Assembly: GCF_963921235.1 (NCBI RefSeq)
Contig: NC_086108.1
Coordinates: 99,698,001 to 99,762,000 of the forward strand
Origin: Mobula hypostoma
Lineage: Eukaryota
DNA length: 64,000 nt
Reading direction: 5' to 3'
How positions within the stretch are numbered: the stretch's first letter is position 1; each line of letters opens with the position of its first letter. The notes beneath the pieces are model-generated. The model was not told the origin of the DNA. It made no database searches and saw nothing but the letters and a program-made list of their open reading frames with translations. Positions 1 through 12,072 of the stretch are shown here, piece by piece. The translations under genes and the position numbers were made by a program.

Positions 1-685
1 GAATCGCAAAAAATTGGCTTGCAGGTACAACTGGTTATTAAGAAGGCAAACGGAATGTTGGCCTTCATTTCTAGAGGGATTGAATTCAAGAGCAGGGAGG
101 TCATGCTGCAACTATACAGGAGTACTGTGTGTAGTTCTGGTCTCCATACTTGAGGAAGGATATACTGGCTTTAGATGCAGTGCAGAGGAGGTTCACCAGG
201 TTGATTCCAGGGACAAAGGGGTTAAGCTATGAGGAGTGATTGAATCGCCTGGAACTGTACTCTCTGGAGTTCAGAAGAATGAGAAACATCTTATAGAAAC
301 ATACAAAAGTTTGAAAGGGATAGATAAGATAGAAGTAGGAAAGTTGTTTCCATTGGTAGGTGAGACTAGAACTAGGGGACATTGCCTCAAGATTCAGGGG
401 ATAAGATTTAGGACGGAGATGAAGAGAAACTGATTTTCCCAGAAAGTGGTGAATCTGTGGAATTTTCTGCCCAGGGAAGCAGTTGAGCCTTCCTTACTAA
501 ATATATTTAAGAAACAAATATGTTTTTACATAGTAAGGGAATTAAGGGTTATGGGAAAAAGGCAGGTAGATGTAGCTGAGTTTACAAACAGATCAGCCAT
601 GATCTTATTGAATGGCGGGGCAGGCTCGATGGGCCGGATGGCCTACTGCTGCTCCTATTTCTTGTGTTCTTATGTTCTTATGTAA
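1..685 (+). mobile_element. CR1 LINE 3' fragment (degenerate RT C-terminus and 3' UTR)
   Basis: Broken frames give CR1 ORF2 C-terminal motifs (LIETYK..KG.DK, TRTRGH.LK, VVNLWN.LP); ends in a (TTCTTATG)-type tail at about 660-685. Confidence 0.85.
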
Positions 686-1049
686 TAGCCTTGTATGTTT
701 TTGATGCCAGTCATTACAATACTTGGTGTTAAAATGGCTTTTGTGATACTTCTAGTGTGGTAGCTTAGTGAGTAGTGCTTGCTGCTCTCACCTTCAGCTT
801 CCATCGCTAGCTCGCAGTCTTGCGAAAAGGAGAGCTGAATATGTAAGTTTTTCCCCTGTCGGTACTCACCCCTCCAACAGCAAGCCTCATGTAGTGCCTC
901 CTTGCTGGTGACACACAGAAACTGAGTTCCTTTCGGGCTCAGGCTGATCTACAGAGGATGGGGAGGAGGTCTCACCACTGTACACTGGTGTATTGACACG
1001 CTCTGGTGCTCGTGAACTAGATCCTCAGCTATGGGTACATAGCCCCACT

Positions 1050-1315
1050 GCCTTGTGGGCAACTTTGGGAAAGATGAAGGCTCTGGGAGTAAACCCAGAC
1101 TGCAAATCTGGTGCCGAAGACGGCCGGACATCTTTCCAGCAGCTCCTGCAGACAAGCAGGTGCCAAATGTATTGCTTCATAAGCTTTCCTTTGGACCACA
1201 CTGGTGAGGCCAATAGGGGGATCTTGACAACTCTCAAGATCTCCATATCTTCTGCCCAGGCTTGTGCTGATGATCACCATCACCCATTGTCCTTTGAGAT
1301 AGACAGATGCCAACT
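1050..1315 (+). mobile_element. Old non-autonomous retroelement with RTE-5'UTR-like module (5' boundary uncertain, may start near 760)
   Basis: Shares ordered blocks GAAGGCT..GGAGTAAACC, GCAGCTCCTGC, GTGCCAAA, TCCTTTGG, TGCCCAGGCTTGTG with 49420-49622. Confidence 0.45.
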
Positions 1316-1384
1316 GTTACAATAATGTTGAAGTCTGGTTAGCAGAATGAGTGATTTTTGTGTATTTTCTGACTTATGGACAAA

Positions 1385-2015
1385 ATCTGTTATCTGTCAA
1401 GTAGGGGACCATGCACAATTCTGATTTGATGGAGATGGACATGAGAGCATGGAGGAACATAGGGAAAATTTCTGAAATGCCCGTTTCGCTGCTGCTGCTA
1501 CTGTGTGGTAACCGGAATCTCCGGAGTTGAAGGCCTCGAAATCCTTGGCTTTGGGTGTTTCAGCGGCCAGGGAGAGGTTGAAGGCACTCGGCAGAGGATG
1601 GCGCATGGAAGGCTGTATCGGAAGGCTGGTCGGAAGCTCAGAGTTTTTGGACGGGTGGACTCAGTGTCGGCTGTGGTCGGATACTTTCAAGGTATCGGCA
1701 AGTTGACGGTACCTAGAGGTTTATCGCAGGGAGTTTCTCCCTTTTGCCGCCTGCTATCGGGGACTCAGCAGCTGATCGACTTGGGACCTTGAGACTTTTT
1801 TTTACTGTGCCTATGATCTGTTCTTCATCAAATTATGGTATTGTTTTGCACTGCTGTAACTATATGTTATAATTATGTGGTTCTGTCAGTGTTAGTCTTT
1901 GGTCTGTCCTGTTTTCTGTGATATCACTCTGGAGAAACATTGTGTCATTTCTTAATGCATGTATGCTTTTCTAAATGACAATAAAAGAGGACTGAGTGTT
2001 CCTATAAATCTAAAA
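1385..2015 (+). mobile_element. Non-autonomous retroelement family A, 5'-truncated copy
   Basis: Clearly homologous to 37770-38455 (+) and 30980-31450 (-); GC-rich body, AT-rich 3' part with AATAAA. Confidence 0.8.
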
Positions 2016-2289
2016 AAAATCAGAAGACATTCGCTACCTGGTGTTAGTGTGCCAAAGGAGCAGGACTGGACTATTCCGGGAAGCTTTCACCTCTGTAATT
2101 CCTGCTTCCTTGATCCTATTTGAGCTAAAATGAGCATGATCATCATCTAAGAAGGAAAAGTCAGAAGTATCATGGGTTGGACTTTCTTGGATCATTAGCT
2201 CATCTCTTATGAGCAGAGAAAAAGCTTAGACACTCAGCAGGTTAAAAAGACTTAACCTTCTTAAATGGGCTTCTTGGTTGGCATGGACC

Positions 2290-3374
2290 TGTCATGAGCC
2301 CTGCGTACCTCTGTCACCTGCAGCAGAGCTCGGGCTTCTTGGTTTCGTGAGCACCCGTATGTATTAATTGTTATAGCCGTTAAGGCCTGGAACTATCTCT
2401 TTAATCTTGTCAAGTCAATAGTGATTGGTACAGATTCCCCCCGTTCTATGATTCTCTTGTTCAGCACTGGAGCGGTGTCCATGTGTGCGTTTGTGGAGAA
2501 TGATTTGTCTTGCAGCATTACTTGGTTGTGCCTCCAGTGCTCTGTTGGTATTCCTGTGTCCAACCTCTTGTTTCTGTCTTTTCATGGGGAGTCTGTCGTT
2601 CCTCCGCTCTGGGTTGAATTGTTGCCTGCGTTCACCGTGACAGACTTTGCTGATCCTTCTCACCTAGGTTGAGTCATTGCCAGTGCCCATTATGAGAGGG
2701 TCTGCCATTCCTCTACACTTGGGTCCAGTCCTGCCACTGACCATCATATAACCATATAACCATATAACAATTACAGCACGGGAACAGGCCATCTCAGCTG
2801 TTCTAGACCGTGGCGAACTCTTACTCTCACCCCATAACCCTCCATTCCTTTCCTGTCCATATATTGTCCAATTTATCTTTAAACGACAACATCGAACCTG
2901 CCTCAACCACTTCTTGTTCCACACAGCTACCACTCTCTGAGTAAAGAAGCTCCCCTTCATGTTACCCCTAAACTTTTGCCCTTTAACTCTCAACTCATGT
3001 CCTCTTGTTTGAATCTCCCCCACTCTCAATGGAAAAAGCCTATCCACATCAACTCTATCTATTCCCCCTCATAATTTTAAATACCTCTATCAAGTTCCCC
3101 CTCAACCTCCTACATTCCAAAGAATAAAGACCCAACTTGTTCAACCTTTCTCTGTAACTCAGGTGATGAAACCCAGGTAGCATTCTAGTAAATCTTCTCT
3201 GTACTCTCTCTATTTTGTTGACATCTTTCCTACAATTCGGTGACCAAAACTGTACATAATACTCCAAACTTGGCCTCACCAATGCCTTGTACAATTTCAA
3301 CATTACATCCCAACTCCTATACTCAATGCTCTGATTTATAAAGGCCAGCATACCAAACATACCAAATCATGACA
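2290..3374. mobile_element. Solo LTR interrupted by a CR1 insertion
   Basis: Starts TGTCATGA (2290) and ends TCATGACA (3374), a perfect 8-bp inverted repeat; flanked by direct repeat GGACC (2285-2289, 3375-3379). Confidence 0.75.
2748..3365 (-). mobile_element. CR1 LINE 3' fragment inserted in the solo LTR
   Basis: ORF 3055-3360 (MLAFI..IEYRS.DVML.LYKALVRP.LEY..QFWSP) and a (TATATGGT)n-type tail at about 2748-2768. Confidence 0.9.
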
Positions 3375-3749
3375 GGACCATTTGAACTGAAGGGCCAGTT
3401 TCAGTGTTGCATGACTCTATTAATGGACTTGCTTACCTTTGGTAAGTGAAGCTGACCATACAACCCAGGCTCCTTGTTGAGGTTTGCAGTGCAAAGTCCC
3501 TTTGAAATTTCACTGTGTCCTTACACTTAGCTGCCATTATAAACCATCCTGAGGTACTTGTAAAGCAAAGAAATTGGAAGTCTGAACTAAGAGCAAAGAG
3601 TGCTTGGAATACTCAACAGGCCAAGCAGCATCCGTGAAGAGAGACGGAATTAAGTTTTCACGTCTGTGACATTTCATCAGAATAAAGCCAAAGTGCTTAA
3701 ATCGATTTCCTTCTGATAGGTCTTCCACATCCTGCATTTATGCTTCACT

Positions 3750-3997
3750 TCCTGCTGCTGTCTGTAAGGAGCTTGTATGTTCTTCCCAGGACCAGTTGGA
3801 TTTTCTCCAGCTGCTCTGGTTTCCTCCTACATTACAAAGATATATGTTTAGGGTTACTGAGTTGTGGGCACGCTTTTGGCACTAAAACCATGGCAACAGT
3901 TGCGGGCTGCCCCTAGCACAATCTCCGTTGATTTGATACAAACAACACATTTCACTGTATGTTTCAATGTACATGAGATAAATAAAGCTAATCTTTA
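3750..3997 (+). mobile_element. V-type tRNA-derived SINE, 5'-truncated
   Basis: Central GTCTGTAAGGAG...TGCTCTGGTTTCCTCC..CA....AAAGA block shared with 20422-20910 and 61258-61492; tail AAATAAAGCTAATCT. Confidence 0.7.
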
Positions 3998-5203
3998 TGG
4001 CAGAGGGTCATTGTATTTTCAACTATTTAGTGCAAAAGTGGATTCTAATGAGAGATTTTGCATCAGACCGCAGAAACTTAACAGCTCTTCGCACAATGGT
4101 GCAAAGCTCCAATATTCCATTTTAAATAGAAACATTTGAATTAATTGAACTAGTCATTTTAAAACTCTCTGTCCAGGGTTTGGGAGCTCTCATAAGGCAG
4201 CTTCCAGCAATAGGAAGGCTCAAAACATGTCATGCATGAACCTTTGCCAGAAAAAACAGTATACACAGTCAGTGGAAACTCATCCAGCACTCTGCTATTG
4301 GCACACTAGATACAGCTTTCTATTCTTTCTTTCCAATCTGATGTACTAATCCATCCCAACCTGGGTCAATAATGGTCCTTCTGAGGAGATCAGAACTGAT
4401 CCACTTCAGATCCGTACAGCTTAGAAAATGGCTTTGGGGCCTCATCTTTAAGGCTTAGTTTCCTCTGAGGTAATTTATTATTTGAAATCTCCTATGGAAA
4501 GTTATTTGGTGATTGTTGATATAGCTGCTTAGTAAAGTCTGCTCAACCTTAATGGTACCACTCTGGATCGATATCAAAGAACTTGACTGAGCATGGTGTG
4601 GAGGCCTCAGGATAGCAAGATGCAGCCAAAAGCACCAGTCTACAGTGTGGAGGTAAGACATGAGAATGGACTTGAAGAGAGATGGGCAACATCTGGCTGA
4701 AATGTAACAAGCAGAACAAAGAGACACAGTGCAAAAGAAAGACATTAAAAAGTACTCTGTAACCGAGTCCATCCTGACTGTAAAGTTTTATTTTTGTGCT
4801 GAGGTCTTCAATTTTCAGAATGCCAACTTGCACTCAGTGACAACTTCATTAAATTTCTAATTTCAAGGTAAAATTGTTATCAAAGTACGTATCTATCACC
4901 ATTCACAGCAAATGGGTTAATGGTGAAAGGCGAAATATTTAAGGGGGATATGAGGGTTGGATGTGGACTCAATTTCAACATTTAAGAGAAACTTGGATAA
5001 GTACACGGATGGAAGAGGTATGGAGGGTTGTGGTCTGAATGTAGGTCGATGGAACTAGGCAGATTAATAGTTCAGCACAGACTAGGTGGGCCAAAAGGCC
5101 TGTTTCTGTGCTATGACTCTAAGCACAAAAGAATCAATGAAAAACTGCACATTACAAAGACAGGCAAAAAACCAATGTGCCAAAGACAACAAATTATTCA
5201 AAA

Positions 5204-5708
5204 TAGGTACATCTGTACGCCTGCTCGTTAATGCAAATATCTAATCAGCTAATCATGTGACAGCAACTCAATGCATAAAAACATGCAGACACGGTGAAGT
5301 GGTTCAGTTCTTGTTCAGATCGAACATCAGCATGGGGATACAATGTGATCTAATTGACTTTAACCATGGAATAATTGTTGGTGCGAGATGGGGTGGTTTG
5401 ATTATCTCAGAAACTGCTGATTTCCAGGGATTTTCATGCACAACTATTTCTAAAGTCGACAGAGAATGGTGCAAAAAACAAAAAAAACACATCCAGCATG
5501 CAGCAGGTCTGTGGGTGAAAATGCCTTGTTAATGAGAAAGGTCAGAGGAGAATGGCCAGACTGGTTCAATCTGATAGGAAGGTGATACTATTCCAAATAG
5601 TGATGCATTACAACAGTGGTGCACAGAAGAGCATCTCTGGGTGCAGAACACATTAAACAATGAAGTAGCTGGACAGAACGAGATACCTAATAAAATGGCT
5701 ACTGAGTG
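5204..5708 (+). mobile_element. Tc1-like DNA transposon, internally deleted
   Basis: ORF 5257-5532 contains the paired-like HTH N-terminus (MG..CDL.DF..G.IVGAR.GGL.ISETAD..GFS.TT.S.V.REW); right TIR-like TACCTAATAAAATGGCTACTGAGTG followed by TA (5709-5710). Confidence 0.8.
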
Positions 5709-5711
5709 TAT

Positions 5712-5998
5712 TGTAGCGGTGTGCTACACACAACGCTAGAATAACCACACGGAGTCGGTGAGTTGGAGTTGCAATCAAGTGATTTATTTAAACTTCACGG
5801 CCTGCTTTAAAGCCTTCCTGTTCCCGCCCTCCCTGGGGCGGGACTGCTGTGGGGAATGCATATTCCCAGACCCTTTCTGCGCCCGGGATTTTCCCCCTGC
5901 TGGTGAAGATGGCCTGGCGCCCTTTTTGGGGCCGGCCCTCTGCCTGCGCGCGCTGTTTCGTGAGCCGGTTCATGTGTGCTAGAAAGTGGGTCGCCACA
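5712..5998 (-). repeat. 3' LTR of the Gypsy element
   Basis: Direct repeat of 9790-10076 (about 13 substitutions and 2 single-base indels by eye); adjacent to a G-rich PPT on the minus strand at about 6000-6020. Confidence 0.97.
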
Positions 5999-8900
5999 TA
6001 ACCGCACCCCCCCGCCCCAGAACCGGCGATACCTCCCCCAATGTCCACAGTCTGGATCGGCGTCTGTTTGGGAGGTCTGCCCCTGCGCCGTGGTGCCTGA
6101 GCCTGGACCGGCTGCGCCAAGTGCACATGGGCCGGTTTGAGTCGGTCCAACGTGAAAACCTCCACTCTCCCCCCAATGTCCAGCACGAACGTGGACCCGT
6201 TGTTCCTGATCATCTTAAACGGCCCCTTGTAGGGCCGCTGTAGCAGTGCCCGGTGTCCGCCCCGTTGTACAAAAAGAAACTTACAGTTCTGCAGGTCTTT
6301 GGGTACGCAGGTCGGGCTCTGTCCATGCTGTGAAGTGGGTATGGGGGCCAGGTTACCGAGCCTCTCCCGTAGTCTGTCCAGGACTGCTGTGGGTTCTTCC
6401 TCTTGCCCCCTTGGGGCTGGTATGAACTCTCCTGGGACTACCAGGGGTGCGTCATACACCAACTCGGCCGACGAGGTGTGCAGATCCTCCTTGGGCGCTG
6501 TGCGGATTCCGAGCAGGACCCAGGAAAGCTCGTCCACCCAGTTAGGCCCCTCCAGGCCGGCCATGAGAGCCGATTTCAGGTGACGGTGGAAGCGCTCCAC
6601 TAGTCCGTTCGACTGTGGGTGGTAGGCAGTTGTGTGGTGTAGCTGTGTCCCTAAAAGGCTGGCCATAGCCGTCCACAGGCTGGAGGTAAACTGGGCGCCC
6701 CTGTCGGAGGTAATGTGGGCCGGTACCCCGAAGCGTGCTACCCAGGTTGCGATCAGTGCTCGGGCTCAGGATTCGGAGGTGGTGTCGCTGAGCGGGACTG
6801 CCTCTGGCCATCTGGTGAACCGGTCTATCATAGTTAGGAGGTACCGCGCTCCTCGTGACACTGGCAGGGGCCCCACGATATCCACATGGATGTGGTCGAA
6901 CCTCCGGCGGGTGGGTTCGAACTGCTGCGGCGGAGCCTTGGTGTGCCGCTGCACCTTGGCCGTTTGGCACTGCATGCACGTTTTGGCCCATTCACTGACC
7001 TGTTTACGCAGTCCATGCCACACGAACCTGTTGGAGACCAGCCGGACAGTTGTCCTGATGGAGGAGTGCGCTAAGTTGTGAATGGATTCAAAAACCCGCC
7101 GGCGCCAGGCTGCTGGGACGACGGGGCGGGGTTGGCCAGTAGCTATGTCATATAGTAGGGTCCTCTCACCTGGGCCTACGGGGAGGTCTTGGAGCTGCAA
7201 ACCGGAGACTGCAGTTCTGTAACTAGGGATCTCAGTGTCTGCCTGCTGTGCTTCTGCCAGCGCTGCATAGTCCACCCCCTGGGACAGGGCCTGTATGGTA
7301 GGTCTGGAAAGTGCGTCCGCCACGACGTTGTCCTTTCCCGAGACATGCCGGATGTCCATCATGTATTTAGAGTTGTAGGACAGATGTCGCTGCTGGCGGG
7401 ACGACCAGGGGTCGGACACCTTAGTGAACGCAAAGGTAAGCGCTTTGTGGTCCGTGAACGCGGTGAAGGGCCTACCTTCTAAGAAGTACCTGAAATGCCG
7501 GATTGTCAGGTATAGTGCCAATAGCTCCCGGTCGAAAGCACTGTATTTGAGTTTGGGTGGTCGTAGGTGTTTGCTGAAGAACGCCAGGGGTTGCCAGCGA
7601 CCCTCGATGAGTTGTTCCAGCACTCCACCGACTGCTGTGTTAGATGCCTCCACTGTGAGGGCAGTAGGAATGTCCATTCTGGGGTGCACTAGCATCGCGG
7701 TGTTTGCCAAGGCTTCTTTGGTTTTAACGAAAGCGGCTGCGGCCTCTTCGTCCCAGGTAATGTCCTTGCCCTTACCTTGACATCAGAGTGAACAGGGGGC
7801 ACATGGTTTGGGCTGCTGAGGGGAGGAAACGGTGGTAGAAATTCACCATACCCACGAATTCCTGCAGGCCTTTGATTGTGTTGGGTCGGGGGAAGTGGCG
7901 GACCGCGTCTACCTTGGCGGGCGGAGGGGTTGCCCCATCTTTAGTAATCCTGTGGCCCACGAAGTCGATGGTGTCGAGTCCGAACTGGCATTTGGCTGGG
8001 TTGATTGTAAGGTCGAATTCACTCAGGCGGGAGTAGAGCTGGCGGAGGTGGGATAGATGCTCCTGACGACTACTGCTGGCTATGAGGATGTCATCCAAAT
8101 AGATGAATACAAAGTCCAGGTCGCGTCCCACCACGTCCATTAGCCGCTGGAAAGTCTGTGCGGCATTCTTCAGGCCAAACGGCATTCGGAGGAATTCGAA
8201 AAGTCCAAATGGGGTGATGAGTGCTGTTTTGGGAATGTCGTCCGGATGTACCGGGATTTGATGGTATCCCCGGATGAGGTCTACCTTGGAAAAGATCCTT
8301 GCGCCGTGTAGGTTTGCTGCGAAGTCTTGAATGTGCGGCACAGGGTAGCGGTCTGGCGTTGTAGCCTCGTTCAGTCTGCGGTAGTCACCGCATGGTCTCC
8401 AGCCCCCCGTTGCCTTGGGCACCATGTGCAGGGGGGAGGCCCATGGGCTGTCGGACCGTCATATGATCCCCAATTCCTCCATCTTCTTGAACTCCTCCTT
8501 CGCCAGTCGAAGCTTGTCCGGGGGAAGCCTTCGAGCACGGGCGTGGAGGGGTGGTCCCTGGGTCGGGATGTGGTGCTGTGCTCCGTGTCTGGGCATGGCT
8601 GCCGTGAACTGCGGTGTCAGTACTGATGGGAAATCCGCCAGGACCCTGGTGAATTCATCATTGGACAGCGTGATGGAGTCCAGGTGTGGGGCTGGCAACT
8701 TTGCTTCACCCAGGGAGAACGTTTGAAAAGTCTTGGCGTGGACTAATCGCTTCCCTTGCAGGTCGACCAGCAGGCTGTGGGCACGCAGAAAATCCGCCCC
8801 CAGGAGTGGTTGGGCCACGGCGGCCAGTGTGAAGTCCCACGTGAACCGGCTAGAGCTGAACTGTAGCCGTGTAGCCGCACCGTGCGGGTGCAGTAGGTTC

Positions 8901-9102
8901 ATATTGTGCTGCCATTTGCGGCCCTCAGGGTGGGTCCCGGTTCTCTGTTTCGGGTGTCGTAACTCGTTGGAGGTAAAATGCTGATTTCCGCTCTGGTGTC
9001 GACCAAAAATCGGCGTCCCGACTGCTTGTCCCAGATGTACAGGAGGCTGTCCTGATGGCCAGCCACCGTAGCCATCAGCGGCGGCTGGCCCTGGCGTTTC
9101 CC
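5999..9102 (-). pseudogene. pol: Gypsy pol (protease, RT, RNase H, integrase), disrupted
   Basis: Protease FLVDTRAEIS (DTG motif altered); [25 protein letters not shown] (7772-8425); RNase H YSAFDRELLA, TDHK (catalytic DAS reads EAS); IN HNLAH..CMQC, DIVG, NGLVERFH, GPY/F-like PYKGPF; split by stops and frameshifts (e.g. TGA at 6766). Confidence 0.95.
9052..9102 (-). promoter_or_regulatory. Putative -1 ribosomal frameshift signal between gag and pol
   Basis: G GGA AAC in the gag frame (9096-9102), 5-nt spacer, 12-bp stem GGCCAGCCGCCG/CGGTGGCTGGCC; the -1 frame continues into the protease. Confidence 0.8.
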
Positions 9103-9749
9103 GGGAATTTGCAGGGTGGTTTACAGCGGCAGGCCTCTGTGCCCCACCGCTAGTGGTAGAAGCACCATTGTTCGTTGGGCTCTGCTGCCGGGCCTGGTCT
9201 GGTCTGTCGTTGGGCACGTGGCTTGGTGATCTGTGCAACGGATGCCCCTCTCTCCTTCTTGGCATTCCACAGGACATCTGCCAGGGCCACCACCTCCCGT
9301 GGGTCGCTGAAATCTGTGTCGGCCAGCAGCAGGCATATGTCCTCGGGCAGTTGCTCTAGGAACGCCTGCTCAAACATGAGGCAGGGTTTGTGTCCTTCAG
9401 CCAGGGCCAGCATTTCGTTTATTAATGCCGACGGCAGCCTGTCTCCCAAACCATCCAGGTGCATTAAGCGGTGTGCTCGTTCGCGCCGTGAGAGTCCAAA
9501 AGTCCTTCTGAGCAGGGCTTTGAATGCTGTGAATTTGCTGTCCTCCGGGGGCGACTGTATAAACTCCTCAACTTGTGCAGCTGTCTCCTGGTCGAGGGAG
9601 CTCAGCACATAGTAGTAGCGAGTGGACTCCGAGGTTATCTGCTGAATGTGGAATTGAGCTTCTGCTTGTTCGAACCACAGATGGAGTCTCAGCGGCCAAA
9701 AGCTTGGCAGTTTTAACGAAACTGCGTGAACAGATGCAGCGTCGGTCAT
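9075..9749 (-). pseudogene. gag: Gypsy gag with a premature stop inside the CHCC motif
   Basis: MTDAASVHAVSLKLPSFWP..LWFEQAEAQF; C-terminal WCFYH*RWG.EACRCKPPC with TAG at 9150-9152; natural stop at 9075-9077. Confidence 0.9.
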
Positions 9750-9773
9750 CTCTGGTCCAAATATCGTTTGGGC

Positions 9774-9787
9774 CGTTGGGGTCACCA
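9774..9787 (-). promoter_or_regulatory. Primer-binding site, tRNA-Trp type
   Basis: TGGTGACCCCAACG 2 nt after the 5' LTR; one mismatch to TGGTGACCCCGACG, the complement of the tRNA-Trp 3' end. Confidence 0.85.
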
Positions 9788-9789
9788 AA

Positions 9790-10076
9790 TGTAGCGGTGT
9801 GCTACACACAGCGCTAGAATAACCACACGGAGTTGGTGAGTTGGAGTTGCGATAAAGAGATTTATTCAAACTTCGCGGCCTGCTTTAAAGCCTTCCCGTT
9901 CCCGCCCTCCCTGGGGCGGGACTGCTGTGGGGAATGCATATTCCCAGACCCTTTCCGTGCGCGGGATTTTCCCCCGCTGGTGAAGATGGCCTGGCGCCCT
10001 TTTTTGGGGCCGGCCCTCTGCCTGCACGCGCTGTTTCGTGAGCCGGTTCGTGTGTGCTAGAAAGTGGGTCGCCACA
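9790..10076 (-). repeat. 5' LTR of the Gypsy element
   Basis: TG...CA ends, direct repeat of 5712-5998, followed on the minus strand by the PBS. Confidence 0.97.
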
Positions 10077-10914
10077 GTATAAAATATTAATTGCTTTATG
10101 TCAAAGTTTTATACTGGGGTATCCAGATTAATCCCTGAACATTCCTCATGTCCTTTCCTATTCTTCCTTTGTCCACTTCTTCACTTGTCCACATCCTCTG
10201 TCATCAATGTTTTTAATTTTTAACATTTGTGTACCACGATACAATGCTGCCTATAGCACAGAAATGGCTTGAAATCTCTTAAGATGGACTTTCATCCATC
10301 TGTAGGCCACTCAGTGTAGAGCAGACTGCAGTAATTTCTTCAAGATATGTTGACCCATGAGATTGGCATCATATTAAACACTGAACACAGGAATTCATTT
10401 ATATAAACATTGCACCAAACGTTGACACTTTTAAAGTTAGTTCTCATTTTATCAACTCCACCTGGAACTTTAAAAAAAAAGAACCTCAAGGTGCTTGTAA
10501 TATTGTTTTGGAAAATAAACATATACCAATGCCATGAAAATACTCAAAAAGAGCTCAAAGGTGATGATTGAGTGTTACACCTTCAGACAGATTGTACATT
10601 ATATGTTGAAGCATGCTATATATTTAATCTCAGTGATTCAATATTGGATTCTGAATCAATGTCCTTGAATTACTGATTTATCTATGCATGAACTGGTCCA
10701 AGGAAAAGAAGGAGTCCATTCATCCCTTGAGGTCCTCTACTTTTATTATAAAGGAAGCATTGTGGGCAGAGTTAGTTTGAAGGCTATTGAGTGTAGTTTG
10801 ATTTTTGACAGCATTATTAAGAATGATGTTGGAATACTGCAACAGTTATATGAAAAGGAAATCACTCAATTCAAATCCTATACTGCATTGCAGAACTTCT
10901 TCTTTGTCATAAAC

Positions 10915-11284
10915 CTTAGAAAAATGCAGCACAGAATCAGGCCCTTCAGCCCATCTAGTCCATGCCGAAACCACTTCAACTGCCTACTCCCATCGACATG
11001 CACGGGGACCGTAGCCCTCCATACAGCTACCATCCATGTACCTATCCAATCTTCGCGTAAACATTGAAATCGAGCTCACATGCACCACTTGTGCTGACAG
11101 CTCATTCCTTACTCTCATGACCCTCTGAGTGAAGTTTCCCTTTAAACTTTCACCTTTAACTTATGACGTCTGGTTGAGGTCCAACTCAACCTCAGTGGAA
11201 AAGCCTGCTTGCATTTACCTTTTCTATACCCCTCGTAATTTTGCATGCCTCTATCAAATCTCCTCTCAATCTTCTACATTCTAA
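10915..11284 (-). mobile_element. Old CR1 3' fragment (resumes at about 15810-15950)
   Basis: CR1 tail and RT C-terminal sequence; ...CTACATTCTAA continues as TTCTAAGGAATAAAG at 15810. Confidence 0.75.
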
Positions 11285-11435
11285 CAGCCAGAGGTCGTGG
11301 TACATATTGGTACCAATGACATAGGTAGGAAAAGGGAGGAGGTCCTGAAAACAGACTACAGGGAGTTAGGAAAGAAGTTGAGAAGCAAGACCTCAAAGGC
11401 AGTAATCTCAAGATTACTGCCTGTGCCACATGACA

Positions 11436-12072
11436 TAGAAACATAGAAACATAAAAAATAGGTGCAGGAGTAGGCCATTCGGCCCTTCGAGCCTGCACCG
11501 CCATTTTTTATGATCATGGCTGATCATCCAACTCAGAACCCCGCCCCAGCCTTCCCCCATACCCCCTGATCCCCGTAGCCACAAGGGCCATATCTAACTC
11601 CCTCTTAAATACAGCCAATGAACTGGCCTCAACTGCTTCCTGTGGCAGAGAATTCCACAGATTCACCACTCTCTGTGTGAAGAAGTTTTTCCTAATCTCG
11701 GTCCTAAAACTGTGACCCCTTGTTCTGGACTTCCCCAACATCGGGAACAATCTTCCTGCATCTAGCCTGTCCAATCCCTTTAGGATTTTATACGTTTCAA
11801 TCAGATCCCCCCTCAATCTTCTAAATTCCAATGAGTACAAGCCCAGTTCATCCAGTCTTTCTTCATATGAAAGTCCTGCCATCCCAGGAATCAATCTGGT
11901 GAACCTTCTTTGCACTCCCTCTATGGCAAGGATGTCTTTCCTCAGATTAGGGGACCAAAACTGCACACAATACTCCAGGTGTGGTCTCACCAAGGCCTTG
12001 TACAACTGCAGTAGTACCTCCCTGCTCCTGTACTCGAATCCTCTCGCTATAAATGCCAGCATACCGTTCGCA
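11436..12072 (-). mobile_element. Young CR1 3' fragment inserted into ORF1 of the larger CR1
   Basis: Open RT C-terminus (11514-12209 track), near-identical to 61494-62150 except a ~21-nt deletion; ATGACA duplicated at 11430-11435 and 12073-12078. Confidence 0.92.

Larger units (their letters stand above)
5712..10076 (-). mobile_element. Full-length Gypsy/Ty3 LTR retrotransposon, CsRn1-like, mutated
   Basis: Two 287-bp TG...CA LTRs, 4-bp TSD GTAT (5708-5711, 10077-10080), PBS, PPT, gag-PR-RT-RH-IN order. Confidence 0.97.

Noticed and set aside
4593..4660. Possible first coding exon (MVWRPQDSK..., GAG/GTAAGA)
   Set aside because: Only a donor-like site; no homology or other support.
10684..11067. 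127-aa ORF
   Set aside because: Runs from AT-rich sequence into an antisense CR1 tail; no recognisable domain.
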